NCBI GenBank assembly: GCA_001794025.1
Contig: MGJA01000013.1
Coordinates: 1-59,436, forward strand
DNA from: Candidatus Yanofskybacteria bacterium RIFCSPHIGHO2_01_FULL_41_21
GTDB taxonomy: Bacteria > Patescibacteriota > Minisyncoccia > 2-02-FULL-40-12 > GWA2-44-9
DNA length: 59,436 nucleotides
Reading direction: 5' to 3'
The position numbers were made by a program, and so were the translations under genes. Every line of letters starts with the position of its first letter. Positions within the stretch are counted from its first letter, which is position 1. The notes beneath the pieces were generated by a model that saw only the letters and a list, made by a program, of their open reading frames with translations, searched no databases and was not told the origin of the DNA. Below are positions 36,701-45,756 of this stretch, one piece after another.

Positions 36701-38872
36701 GCCGGTTTGTTCCTCGTCGGATTGAACATCACTGTTAACAATAATACGATTACTGGTAATGATAACTTCGGTGTCTACATTCCGGCAACCGCAGGCAGCG
36801 GAGGAGCGAACGACATTACGGGACTCGTCATTGGCGGTAGCGACACCGACTTTAACAAAATATTTGACAACGGCTTGGGTGTTAAAGATGAATTGGGCGA
36901 CTCTTCCGACGCCGAATACAACTGGTGGGGCGACATGACCGGACCCGAGCAGACGACAAGCAATCCATTGGGAACGGGCAATGGTATTGATGACAGTGAT
37001 TCGGTTGATTACAGTCCGTGGTGTCTCGATGACACCTGCTCGGATTTCGGTTCCAGCGACCCAATAGATCACTTTGATATTGATCCATCGGTGGGTTCAG
37101 CAATCGTAAATGTGCCGATTACACTCACAGTAACAGCCAAAGATGCAGCTGATATTACCCGCGTTAATGATGTTAGTGTAGTTTCAATGGCGGCTGATCA
37201 TGGCGCTTCGCTCGGAACTTTACTTCTAACTTTGATAAGTGGGACCAGAGACACTACCGTAACGAATTCTGTGACGGGGACAGTTAATGTTTCTGGTATC
37301 AAAGTGGGCGGAACTGCCACTGGCTCAACTTCCGTGTCATTTACTAGCAGTGACCCTGACGCGCCTACAATCTCTAGTCACACTCCGGCGGATGATGCCA
37401 CCAGTATTAGTGTCAGTACCGCGCTATACATTATTTTTTCTGAAGCGCTTAAAGCATCAACCGTCAACTCCACTAACATCCAATTGAAGAAATACAGTGA
37501 TAATTCAACGGTGGCCGCCACGATATCGTTAGTGGAGGGTGGAACTAAAGTGGTAATTACTCCAACTAGTGATTTAGATTATTTGACCCAATACTACTTT
37601 GCCGTATCAACCAGCGTACAAGATGAGGTTGGTAATGCTTTGGCTAGTGCTCTGGATGTCGGCAGTAAGGATGCCCACGAGTTCACGACTGTCGCTGACA
37701 CCGCTGACCACACTGCCCCAACCGTTTCAAGTCATTTCCCGCTGGACAACGCGACTGATATTTCGGTTAATGTTGCTCCGTATATTATCTTCTCCGAGGC
37801 GTTGAAAGCATCAACCGTTAACTCCACCAATATCCAACTAAAGAAATATAGCGATGATTCTACTGTCGCCGCGACTATCTCCTTGGTAGAAGGTGGCACA
37901 CGGGTAATCATTACACCGACTAGCGCTTTGGATACCAGTGTCCAATACTACTTCGCTGTTTCAACCGCTGTTCAAGACGATGCAGGTAATGCTTTAGCTA
38001 GCGCCTTAGATGTCGATACAAAAGCTGTTCACGAGTTTACGACTGCAGTTGATACAGCTGATCACACTGCGCCGGTGATTGCCAGTCATACTCCGGCGGA
38101 TAACGCAACTGATATCGCCATTACTACTGTGCCATATATTACTTTCTCCGAGGCGCTCAAAGCCAGTACGGTCAACTCAACTAATATCCAGCTAAAGAAA
38201 TATAGCGATGATTCCACTGTTTCTGCTACTGTATCTTTGGTTGAAGGTGGAACAAGAGTTAATATTACTCCTGATAGTTCACTGGCGAACAATACCAAAT
38301 ACTACTTTGCCGTATCAACTGCTGTGCAAGATGAAGCGGGCAATGCCCTAGCGACCGCTCTGGATGTCGGTAGTAGGGATAGCCATGAGTTCACCACAGT
38401 AGCAGTCGTGCCGTTTGTTGTTGATGATATTGTCGCGCAATCTAGTACAGCAGAGCCAGATAACACTTATGTCAATGGCTGGCATTATACTTATTACCTG
38501 ACAATCAATGCTACGGACGAGACGGAACTCTTTGTAAAATTTGATGACTGGCTCAATACCACAGATGGAGTATCAAAGATAGAAGCGAACGGCAATATGC
38601 GGGTGCTCTTCAATAGTATTACTGGTGGCGGTTTGGGATCCATTGTTGGTAGTTTGACGGAGAGCGATATTGTAAATGGATTTGGTGATGTTGATTCTTA
38701 CGAAATTGGCAATGATTTTACCGACCAATTACCATCTGGGATTGAAACAGGGACTCTTGACACGGGGTCCGCGTCTGGAAGACAAATCCGATTTGATGTC
38801 TTCACAAAGATTCCGACTGATACAGTGGCCGGAGCATATGAGGCAGATTATACACTTCAATTAGGTAACTAA
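33770..38872 (+). CDS. Large surface/adhesin-like protein with Ig-like domains, a right-handed beta-helix and three SbsA/Big_5-like repeats (start uncertain)
   Basis: Signal peptide, D.T.P Ig boundaries, Asn-ladder region, three 118-aa repeats (354-nt period at about 37451, 37805, 38159). Confidence 0.85.
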   Translation: MKNITGLRRGGVVSKSVIAVVMTATFLMSGFFAPNNALAVISSIDVTYPAASDIYVKGTFNITWAAAGEPDDLVDIYYSTNDFGISTKLTASGIDYDAGTYAWNTTSPAIPDGASYKIKVKSTSNDINGISANTFTIDNTLPTVPTVLTPNGGQVLKGGDDYDITWTSSVDTNFSATPIKIEYSKLGDFSDTTTVVAATANDGSYTWSLPTDDTTTAKIRVTATDLAGNTGSDLSNATFTIDSTAPTIPVTTLTGTTVQADNDTITIVFSEPVLADDGTWSTNEFSAIESPDGTVLDLTGAVFGYAGSTLTITLSEANEYLQNGDFVAVTAVAGKIKDPAGNALAAIEVIGTVAVTGDVAAPTVALTYNPDRPVKDADTVTITATFNETILGTPQIAIATAGDGDVAATGMSTTADPLIWTYSWNVPSGTDDDGLATITISGVTDLAGNANAVASNNTRTVDNTAPSVSSYTLNGATAHTYFNPALGTVQIHITASEAVHFNRIRVCANGDAVCNDGTALKYFTQTTSFSSLGSKTWDGYDNQSTPVIAPDGVYKLNTNLEDEAGNVATVILTTYLITVDTADPTFSAFNAPATDAVYKTNTPLQFTPDDSATAVTCAYKIDTSSYISVDCTAATPFSDTIPDGSLSDGRHTVTIKVVDAANNSLESSPVSFVFDNNNTLTVDDDGIAFADFSTISEAITKSTTNDTINVAAGSYGNSLTVNKTLTINGGVGGETSTQTAAVSITADNVTLDNFTFTGNLGGDAFINLDNDTAHSGISLTNNTFDGAITTWHVIRAGGNKDDLTITGNTFTGSTSGNDNALILLGVGGSNINVSTNIFESFPSTYSLVAIQHSASGGARTDGLTISGNSFDYTGYTNAGNGSEAISVRYADNVTVNGNILTGSASDTTYEAGITLASVTSTGGQSVISGNTVNGFSRGIRIQRWSGGDGFADDVEITNNTVTDGVSNDLNYGAASTGAGLFLVGLNITVNNNTITGNDNFGVYIPATAGSGGANDITGLVIGGSDTDFNKIFDNGLGVKDELGDSSDAEYNWWGDMTGPEQTTSNPLGTGNGIDDSDSVDYSPWCLDDTCSDFGSSDPIDHFDIDPSVGSAIVNVPITLTVTAKDAADITRVNDVSVVSMAADHGASLGTLLLTLISGTRDTTVTNSVTGTVNVSGIKVGGTATGSTSVSFTSSDPDAPTISSHTPADDATSISVSTALYIIFSEALKASTVNSTNIQLKKYSDNSTVAATISLVEGGTKVVITPTSDLDYLTQYYFAVSTSVQDEVGNALASALDVGSKDAHEFTTVADTADHTAPTVSSHFPLDNATDISVNVAPYIIFSEALKASTVNSTNIQLKKYSDDSTVAATISLVEGGTRVIITPTSALDTSVQYYFAVSTAVQDDAGNALASALDVDTKAVHEFTTAVDTADHTAPVIASHTPADNATDIAITTVPYITFSEALKASTVNSTNIQLKKYSDDSTVSATVSLVEGGTRVNITPDSSLANNTKYYFAVSTAVQDEAGNALATALDVGSRDSHEFTTVAVVPFVVDDIVAQSSTAEPDNTYVNGWHYTYYLTINATDETELFVKFDDWLNTTDGVSKIEANGNMRVLFNSITGGGLGSIVGSLTESDIVNGFGDVDSYEIGNDFTDQLPSGIETGTLDTGSASGRQIRFDVFTKIPTDTVAGAYEADYTLQLGN

Positions 38873-38879
38873 AAATAAT

Positions 38880-39530
38880 ATGAAAACATTTTTAATTACA
38901 ATTCTGGCCTTCTTACTCACGGTTTCAATTGTGAGCGCGGCTTACACCGTAACGGGGACACTTTCAACTGACGGTAGTATTCCCAAAGCTCCCACATCTG
39001 TTATTGCAACTAAATCAGGGGACACCGCTATTACGGTTACTTGGACGGCTGTTGTTGGAGTCGAGGGTTACAAAGTATATCAAAAAAAAGACAGTGGTAG
39101 CTTTGAGCTAATTACTGGAAATGTTACAGCATTAAGTTACGTCAATTCCGGTTTAAGCAATGGAGTTTATTCGTATCAGGTGCAGTCATTTCTGGGCTCA
39201 TTAGCACCGGATCTCAACAGTATCGTGCCAACGTCTCCCATTACGATTGTTATTCCAACACCCACTCCGACACCGTCTGGTGGTGGTGGTGGAGGAGGCG
39301 GGGGTGGTGGTGGAGGATTGCCACCGGCCTCAACGCCGACACCAAGTCAAACACTGACTCCTTTGAGTACTGAAGCCGAGAAAGTAGATGTCTTTAACGA
39401 CAACAAGATTGATGTACTAGATTTCAACGTGCTCATGGCTAACTGGGGCAATGCCGGCACAGGTGATGTAAATAATGATGGTACCGTTGATATATTGGAC
39501 TTTAATATGTTGATGGCTTATTGGTCATAA
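38880..39530 (+). CDS. Secreted FN3 + dockerin type I-like protein
   Basis: FN3 (ITVTW..V..GYKVY..YSYQV), PT and poly-Gly linker, duplicated D.NND..ID.LDFN calcium loops. Confidence 0.85.
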   Translation: MKTFLITILAFLLTVSIVSAAYTVTGTLSTDGSIPKAPTSVIATKSGDTAITVTWTAVVGVEGYKVYQKKDSGSFELITGNVTALSYVNSGLSNGVYSYQVQSFLGSLAPDLNSIVPTSPITIVIPTPTPTPSGGGGGGGGGGGGGLPPASTPTPSQTLTPLSTEAEKVDVFNDNKIDVLDFNVLMANWGNAGTGDVNNDGTVDILDFNMLMAYWS

Positions 39531-39542
39531 CAAATAGAAAAA

Positions 39543-40289
39543 ATGAAAACAAAAATTGCATTAATTTCTGCGGTCGGGATTTTTCTGGGAGCATTCGCTT
39601 TTGCGGCGAGCATGTCTTTATCGCCGTTGAATGTTTCTGTGAAGTCGGGCCAAACATTCAGTGTTCTTGTTTCACTTGATCCTCAATCTGGGAAAATATC
39701 AACCGCTAAAGTTGAATTAAAATATCCAGCCAATTTAGTTGAGGTAACCGGATTTAGTTTTGTCGGACCCAGTTGGATTGCTCTGGCCCAAGAAGGATAT
39801 GATTTGGTGGATAATACAAACGGCTCCATGATTAAAACGGCCGGCTATCCTAAAGGGGCTTCAGTACCGATAGCGTTTGGCACGGCTACGTTTAGAGCTA
39901 AACAGTCAGGGATAGCAACGATATCAGTGGGTGATAAGACATTACTTTTGGGAGCCGATGGAAAGAATAGTTTGTCGGGGGCGGTTGCACCGGTAAGTGT
40001 AACGATTACTGTTCCGACCCCAACCCCAACTCCTATTCCTACTCTTGCCGGAACTGTTGTAAGTTCAACTCCAAAGCCAATCGTTCAGCCCACTCAATCG
40101 CCTGAAGTTACGGAATCGGTGACACCGGTACCATCGGTTGAACCATCTGCTCAACAGGCATCAATTTTAGGTACCATCGGCAACAAATTGGATTTAGGCA
40201 CTGATAGTTGGCCAGTATCTTTAATTGTGGTTCTCGCTTTGGTATACGGCGCGTATTGGCTCATCAAACGAAAACTCAGAAAACAGTAG
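39543..40289 (+). CDS. Cohesin-like domain protein with C-terminal membrane anchor
   Basis: LSP..VSVKSGQTFSVLVSLD...VELKYPANLVEV, PT linker, TM helix and basic tail. Confidence 0.75.
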   Translation: MKTKIALISAVGIFLGAFAFAASMSLSPLNVSVKSGQTFSVLVSLDPQSGKISTAKVELKYPANLVEVTGFSFVGPSWIALAQEGYDLVDNTNGSMIKTAGYPKGASVPIAFGTATFRAKQSGIATISVGDKTLLLGADGKNSLSGAVAPVSVTITVPTPTPTPIPTLAGTVVSSTPKPIVQPTQSPEVTESVTPVPSVEPSAQQASILGTIGNKLDLGTDSWPVSLIVVLALVYGAYWLIKRKLRKQ

Positions 40290-40392
40290 ATTGTTCATAA
40301 CTCTGTTTTATCATCTGTAATATTGTAAGATAATAGAATTAGGATCCTTTGAGGATTGGTCGAACACAAACCAAAATTTTTTGTGCATATAT

Positions 40393-40578
40393 ATGTTAAA
40401 TAAAATTGCCCTAGCCCTTGTTATTATCGGGGGCATCAACTGGGGTTTGGTTGGTCTGTTCGATTATAATCTCGTTGGAGTTGTTCTCGGTGGTGATATG
40501 AGTACTCTAGCCAAGGTTGTCTATGATCTCGTAGGATTGAGCGCCGTTTACGTCGCTTTTACGGGCTGGAAATCGTAG
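40393..40578 (+). CDS. DUF378 family membrane protein
   Basis: LVIIGGINWGLVG...VYDLVGLSA. Confidence 0.88.
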   Translation: MLNKIALALVIIGGINWGLVGLFDYNLVGVVLGGDMSTLAKVVYDLVGLSAVYVAFTGWKS

Positions 40579-40592
40579 TTGTCACAACTGTA

Positions 40593-40634
40593 GTTACAAA
40601 ACAATCCCGACATCTGTCGGGATTGTTTTGTAAC
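40593..40634. terminator. Long hairpin terminator
   Basis: 20-bp perfect arms around a 2-nt centre. Confidence 0.7.
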
Positions 40635-40678
40635 ATGGCTTATAAAGTGGTATATTTAGGTTATTAAAGCAGAAAAAT

Positions 40679-41722
40679 ATGAAACACTATAAATCAGAAT
40701 TGTATTTTTTGCTGACTCTTCTTTTGGGAGTCATGGTTCTCTCATTTCTTATTTTTAAACCCTTTCTTTATGTGACGTTGCTGGCAATTTTTATCGCAAC
40801 CGTATTCTATCCATTTTATCTAAGAATGCTTGCTTGGGTGCGCGGGAATAGAGGGTTAGCATCTCTTTTCACTATTTTTATAATTGTTGTCATTCTAATT
40901 ATTCCTCTCATTTTTTTGGCCACGCAAATCCTTCAGGAGGCCACTCAACTTTATCAATATCTTTTGAGCGATGAAGGGGTGGTCGCTTTTTCAACAAGCA
41001 TGGATAAGGTGATTGATATTATGGGGGGAGTCATGCCTATACCGGCCGGATCCTCTCTTGATGCCCATTATTATATAAAGCAAGGGCTAGATTGGCTGTT
41101 ACCGCGTCTTTCCACATTTCTTTCGGATATTGCTCTCATGGTGATGAATGCATTTATATTTCTTATAGCGTTGTATTACTTGTTTAAAGATGGACCGAAA
41201 CTTAAAAAAACAATAGTAAGGTTGAGCCCATTGCAAGATGTCCATGATGAGGAGATATTTAATAAGCTTACATTGGCCACTAACTCGGTTATTAAAGGGA
41301 ATCTCATTATAGTTTTAATTCAAGGAGCCATGGCTGCTTTAGGATTTTTCTTATTTGGTGTTCCAAGTCCGGTTCTTTGGGGGGCTGTGGCTGCTGTTGC
41401 GGCTGTTATCCCGGGATTTGGTACAGCGCTTGTGGTCGCGCCGGCGATTATATATCTTCTTTTTAACGGGGAAACCTCTTCGGCTATCGGGTTATTCATT
41501 TGGGGATTAACCGCCGTCGGGCTGGTTGATAATATATTAGGGCCTAAATTAGTAGAACGGGGAATGAAAATCCATCCATTTCTGATTCTTCTTTCTATTC
41601 TTGGTGGTCTAGCTCTGTTTGGTCCCTTAGGATTTCTGTTTGGTCCGCTTGTTTTGAGTTTGTTTTTTGCGCTCTCGGAAATTTACTCTGCGATGCACAA
41701 AGAGCACCAGGACAAATTATAG
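40679..41722 (+). CDS. AI-2E family transporter
   Basis: Multi-TM; IPGFG, DNILGPKL, IHP..ILLSILGG..FG..G..FGP. Confidence 0.9.
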   Translation: MKHYKSELYFLLTLLLGVMVLSFLIFKPFLYVTLLAIFIATVFYPFYLRMLAWVRGNRGLASLFTIFIIVVILIIPLIFLATQILQEATQLYQYLLSDEGVVAFSTSMDKVIDIMGGVMPIPAGSSLDAHYYIKQGLDWLLPRLSTFLSDIALMVMNAFIFLIALYYLFKDGPKLKKTIVRLSPLQDVHDEEIFNKLTLATNSVIKGNLIIVLIQGAMAALGFFLFGVPSPVLWGAVAAVAAVIPGFGTALVVAPAIIYLLFNGETSSAIGLFIWGLTAVGLVDNILGPKLVERGMKIHPFLILLSILGGLALFGPLGFLFGPLVLSLFFALSEIYSAMHKEHQDKL

Positions 41723-41735
41723 AATAATTTATTAT

Positions 41736-42164
41736 ATGAAAACTAGATTTTGGTTATCAGAATACGGTCTTTATTTATCTTGGGCAATCGCTCTTGTTTC
41801 CATGGTTGCGAGTTTATATTTCAGTGAAGTTGTGGGTATTGTTCCCTGTATATTATGTTGGCTTCAACGTATCGCGATGTACCCGCTGGTAGCGATTATT
41901 GCCGTAGGTATTATCCGACGAGATAAAGTCGTTTCATTATATGTCTTACCCCTTAGTATCATTGGCGCTATCATTGCCTTTTATCAAAATCTGCTTATTT
42001 GGGGTGTTGTTTCTGAAACCCTTGCCCCGTGCTCATTTGGTGTCTCCTGTGTAACCCAAAGTTTTGTTGTCTTGAATTTTATTACCATTCCGTTATTATC
42101 ACTGGTGTCGTTTTTAATCATAACCATTCTAATGGCTGTCCATTGGAAATATAACAATGAATAA
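41736..42164 (+). CDS. dsbB: Disulfide bond formation protein DsbB/BdbC
   Basis: SLYFSE, PCILCWLQR, second Cys pair CSFGVSC. Confidence 0.88.
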   Translation: MKTRFWLSEYGLYLSWAIALVSMVASLYFSEVVGIVPCILCWLQRIAMYPLVAIIAVGIIRRDKVVSLYVLPLSIIGAIIAFYQNLLIWGVVSETLAPCSFGVSCVTQSFVVLNFITIPLLSLVSFLIITILMAVHWKYNNE

Positions 42165-42798
42165 AGAAACAGCAATAATGATTGGGGTATTTGTCATAAT
42201 ATTTGGTGGTCTTGGGTTTTTAATCACCCGTAATAATCAAGTCGCAACCACGCCTGCTTCCAAAGACCAACTCATAAGGCCTAACAGTCATAGTACAGTC
42301 AATCCGGATGCGAAGGTCAGTATTGTAGAATTCGGGGATTTTCAATGTCCGGCCTGTGCGGCGGCTTTTCCGATTGTAGAGCAACTCCTTGCTTTATATA
42401 AAGATAATCCTCAAGTAAATTTTGTTTCCAGAAATTTTCCTTTGCCCCAGCATCAGTATGCTCTCATAACTGCTGAAGCGGCTGAAGCGGCCGGTGCGCA
42501 AGGGAAGTACTGGGAGATGTATCGGCTCATCTATACCAATCAAAATGAGTGGGTTAATTCCGCCGATCCGATGTCAATCCTTGTCGGTTACGCCACTCAA
42601 TTAAAACTTGATATAGGACGATTTAAATCTGAAGTAACGGCTAATAAATACAACGATATTATTGAACAAGATAAACAGGATGGTCTTGCATTGGGTATTA
42701 ACTCTACTCCAACCTTCTTTATTAATGGTGTTCGTGCCACAGGTGTTCAGGATTTTGCCGATTTCAAAGCCCGTGTTGATTCAGCACTAGCGCAATAG
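42157..42798 (+). CDS. DsbA-family thiol-disulfide oxidoreductase
   Basis: EFGDFQCPAC, FPL, STPTFFING. Confidence 0.9.
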   Translation: MNKETAIMIGVFVIIFGGLGFLITRNNQVATTPASKDQLIRPNSHSTVNPDAKVSIVEFGDFQCPACAAAFPIVEQLLALYKDNPQVNFVSRNFPLPQHQYALITAEAAEAAGAQGKYWEMYRLIYTNQNEWVNSADPMSILVGYATQLKLDIGRFKSEVTANKYNDIIEQDKQDGLALGINSTPTFFINGVRATGVQDFADFKARVDSALAQ

Positions 42799-42805
42799 CT
42801 TCGCT

Positions 42806-43029
42806 CCCTCCACCCTAATACCCACTTAATTATTCGTAAAATTGTATCAACGTCACTTGAGGTATACTCTTATCCCCAGACCCGGGAAACCAGTCCCGTC
42901 GGTTTCCCCAAAGGGACCCCTTCCGCTACTGGGTCTAAGAGTATACCTCAAGTGACTCAGAATTAAATTTCTCCACAACCTGTCTACTGGTAGACAAGCT
43001 TCTCGCTGGGGGTTAGGGTGTCGGTCACT
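42806..43029. repeat. Long MITE-like structured repeat, copy A (core 42852-42956)
   Basis: Homologous over about 200 nt to 59081-59285; 21-bp perfect stem around the conserved core. Confidence 0.85.
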
Positions 43030-43073
43030 GCCCCACTCCTTATTTTAAGCCAATTCTATACATACATGTGTCA

Positions 43074-43103
43074 TTGACATATACCATATATTTATGGTAT
43101 ACT
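43074..43103 (+). promoter_or_regulatory. Strong promoter with an overlapping palindromic operator
   Basis: TTGACA-18-TATACT with extended TG; ATACCATA-tatt-TATGGTAT inverted repeat at 43081-43100. Confidence 0.6.
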
Positions 43104-43147
43104 TAAAGTACATTCGGGAATAAGCCCGAATAAACAGGAGGCAAAGT

Positions 43148-43402
43148 GTGAACAACATCTATCGGCTTTACCGTATCGACCGTGAACAGGGAGTGACCGA
43201 AGACAAGGCGGTTCTGGAATGGAATCGAGGATGCAACGGAACCGACCACGCAGACATGCTGAACAAGGTCTGGTTCGTGCACGGTCGCGTCGATTATGCA
43301 GAAGAGCTCATAACGGTCAATCGTGGCCGTTGCGATGGACTCTGCACTCCCGAAGAGCTGGGTGGATTCCTCCATCCGGTTCCCATTCGTCAGTTGGCTT
43401 AG
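43148..43402 (+). CDS. Hypothetical protein (GC-richer than its neighbours)
   Basis: AGGAGG SD + GTG downstream of a strong promoter. Confidence 0.6.
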   Translation: MNNIYRLYRIDREQGVTEDKAVLEWNRGCNGTDHADMLNKVWFVHGRVDYAEELITVNRGRCDGLCTPEELGGFLHPVPIRQLA

Positions 43403-43502
43403 GCCACCCGCCCGTGATGGAGCTTGCTCCTCGCGGGCTTCATCATTTTTAAATAGGTGAAGAATCATTATTTTTAATTAGAATTTATTGTATACTGGGA
43501 GT

Positions 43503-44162
43503 ATGAGATTTTTTCGTAAACATCTAAGAATTATTATTTCTGTTGGGGTTGTTGTGGTTGGAATAGTTTTTTTGTATTTTTTGCCGGTGGGTCAGTCGTT
43601 GTTTGGTATTAAATCAAGCCCGACTCCGACACCGGATTATTCCGGATGGCGAAGTTATACAAATCAAAAATATGGTATTTCTCTAAAATATCCGTCGGGT
43701 TTTCAGCTTGTACCTGGTAAAACCGGCCCACTGGCCGAGTGGCAATTATACGGTGTTATAGACGGAATTGAGATTGTAAGTATTGAAATTCCACGTTCAA
43801 GCCAGATTCGCACTAATTTTCTTGGTGCTTCTTTGCGTGTTGGTTTAAGTACTGATACGACAGCCATAAAAGAATGTTTAAGTCCTCCAAAATCATTTGA
43901 TTACAAAAATACATATACCAAGCGCGTTATTGGTGGAGTAACATTTCAGGAATTTGTTCGTTCTGAAGCGGGCGCCGGTAATTTTTATGAATACGTAAGC
44001 TATCGTGCCGTGCGAGATGGCGGATGCGAGGTTTTTGAATATTCTATTCATAAAACAAATATTGATAATTATCCTGTTGAAGCGGGAAGAAAAGAATTTG
44101 ATCGCATAGCTATTGTTAATGCTCTAGAATCAATATTGGACACAGTGCAATTTTTAAAATAA
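43503..44162 (+). CDS. Membrane-anchored protein, PsbP-like fold possible
   Basis: N-terminal TM, PTPTP, W..Y.N.KYG.SLKYP...ILDTVQF pattern. Confidence 0.7.
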   Translation: MRFFRKHLRIIISVGVVVVGIVFLYFLPVGQSLFGIKSSPTPTPDYSGWRSYTNQKYGISLKYPSGFQLVPGKTGPLAEWQLYGVIDGIEIVSIEIPRSSQIRTNFLGASLRVGLSTDTTAIKECLSPPKSFDYKNTYTKRVIGGVTFQEFVRSEAGAGNFYEYVSYRAVRDGGCEVFEYSIHKTNIDNYPVEAGRKEFDRIAIVNALESILDTVQFLK

Positions 44163-44181
44163 TTTGATATACTAAGCATGA

Positions 44182-44295
44182 ATCCCGTTAGAAGTGAACC
44201 CTAATGGGAATAAATTATATTAACTATTAATCAAAGTGTATCTAGCTTGCCACTATCTTAATACGGTGGATGTTGTGTAGCACTTCTAACGGGAT
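44182..44295. repeat. Hairpin element with ATCCCGTTAGAAGTG/CACTTCTAACGGGAT arms at the DsbA start
   Basis: 15-bp perfect arms; ATGAAT occurs at both ends (44178 and 44294). Confidence 0.8.
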
Positions 44296-45118
44296 GAATA
44301 TACCAAAATACGATACCGATGCGGAACCAATAGTGCAATTAACTGATTCACCTCATGTTGAAGCGAGTATCCCCGAAGCCGTTCCGGCGGTCCAGCGTTC
44401 GCGGACTTCAGGTTTGTCTGATCTTGATAAAACAAAGTTGATTTTACCCGTTTCAATCCTAATCGCCGCTGTTTTAATCAGTGGTTCCATTTTATACACT
44501 CGTAATGGCACAGGAAATAATGGGACTGCTTTAGTCGGCGGTAACCAAGGTCCGGTTAAAGAAGTTGATATTGATCTCAAAGACGCAATAATAATGGGGG
44601 ATGCCAAGGCGCCGGTAACAGTTGTTGAATATGCTGATTTTCAGTGTCCATTCTGTCAAAGATATTTCCAACAAAACAATTCGGCTCTTATCAGTCAGTA
44701 CGTGAATACCGGCAAAGTCAGATTTGTTTGGAAGGATTATGCATTTCTTGGTCAAGAGTCAATTTGGGCAGCCGAGGCCGCTCGTTGTGCTAATGATCAA
44801 GGTAAATTCTGGGAATATCACGATTACCTTTTCAACAACCAAGGAGCGGAGAATTCCGGCGCATTTTCAAAGGATAATCTCAAAAAATTTGCTTCAGCGC
44901 TCGGTTTGAACATGGGCCAATTTAATTCATGCTTAGACACAGATAAGTACGCATCAGTCATTCAAAAAGAAACACAGGAGGGAAATAAAATTGGCGTGAA
45001 TGGCACACCGGCAACATTTATAAATAATAAACTCGTTGCCGATAGTAATGGTAACTCTGTCGGTGCCTCTCCATTTTCCGTCTTCCAAGCCGTTATTGAA
45101 CAAGAATTGTCCAAATAA
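44294..45118 (+). CDS. DsbA-family protein
   Basis: EYADFQCPFC, AAEAARCA, GTPATFIN. Confidence 0.9.
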   Translation: MNIPKYDTDAEPIVQLTDSPHVEASIPEAVPAVQRSRTSGLSDLDKTKLILPVSILIAAVLISGSILYTRNGTGNNGTALVGGNQGPVKEVDIDLKDAIIMGDAKAPVTVVEYADFQCPFCQRYFQQNNSALISQYVNTGKVRFVWKDYAFLGQESIWAAEAARCANDQGKFWEYHDYLFNNQGAENSGAFSKDNLKKFASALGLNMGQFNSCLDTDKYASVIQKETQEGNKIGVNGTPATFINNKLVADSNGNSVGASPFSVFQAVIEQELSK

Positions 45119-45310
45119 CGCCACTATTGTACTTTAGGAGCCGAATATGCTATAATGTGGGTATTGTAGGAACTCGGTAGATTCTCACGGCGGCATTAGT
45201 CGCTAGCAGGGACTCGACGAGGGGTCGCCCTACTAGTAATTTTTGTCTGGGAACGGAATAGTTATCGGATAGAACATTCGTTATCTAATCTAATTCGCAG
45301 ACAACGCACA

Positions 45311-45637
45311 ATGGCAAAACGATTATATATCGGAAACCTGTCGTTCAATACGACTGAAGCTGGCCTCCGCGAAGCTTTCGCAGCTGCTGGTGAAGTCACA
45401 TCCGTCGTCGTTATGATGGATAAGATGACAGGCCGATCACGCGGTTTCGCTTTCGTGGAGATGGCAACTGATGAAGCTGCCCAAGCCGCTATTGATATGT
45501 TCAATGGCAAGGACTTGGATGGCCGAAATCTTACAGTCAATGAGGCCCGGCCTATGACTGAACGTCCTCCTCGACGTCCGATGGGTGGCGGCTTCGGCCG
45601 TGGTCCTCGCGACTACAACGACAACAACGATCGCTAA
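45311..45637 (+). CDS. RRM RNA-binding protein
   Basis: RNP2 LYIGNL, RNP1 RGFAFVEM, VNEARP. Confidence 0.95.
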   Translation: MAKRLYIGNLSFNTTEAGLREAFAAAGEVTSVVVMMDKMTGRSRGFAFVEMATDEAAQAAIDMFNGKDLDGRNLTVNEARPMTERPPRRPMGGGFGRGPRDYNDNNDR

Positions 45638-45647
45638 AAGCAGGAAT

Positions 45648-45685
45648 CAATACAAAAACCACTCTCAAGAGTGGTTTTTGTATTG
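45648..45685 (+). terminator. Intrinsic terminator
   Basis: caatacaaaaaccactc-tcaa-gagtggtttttgtattg after the RRM gene. Confidence 0.75.
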
Positions 45686-45756
45686 ATTATTTTATGTGCA
45701 TATGCACATAAAATAATCAATTTACTTTAGAATGTAGAAATGGCATATTTAAAACA

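Noticed and set aside
34381..38864. Many short overlapping ORFs within the adhesin gene
   Set aside because: Antisense and alternative-frame shadows of a long biased-composition CDS
39279..39317. GGT/GGA tract as a contingency repeat or G-quadruplex
   Set aside because: Explained as a poly-Gly linker with mixed codons
42852..42956. Known riboswitch or hammerhead/HDV ribozyme identity for the four-copy element
   Set aside because: I could not find the diagnostic cores by eye; left unassigned pending an Rfam search
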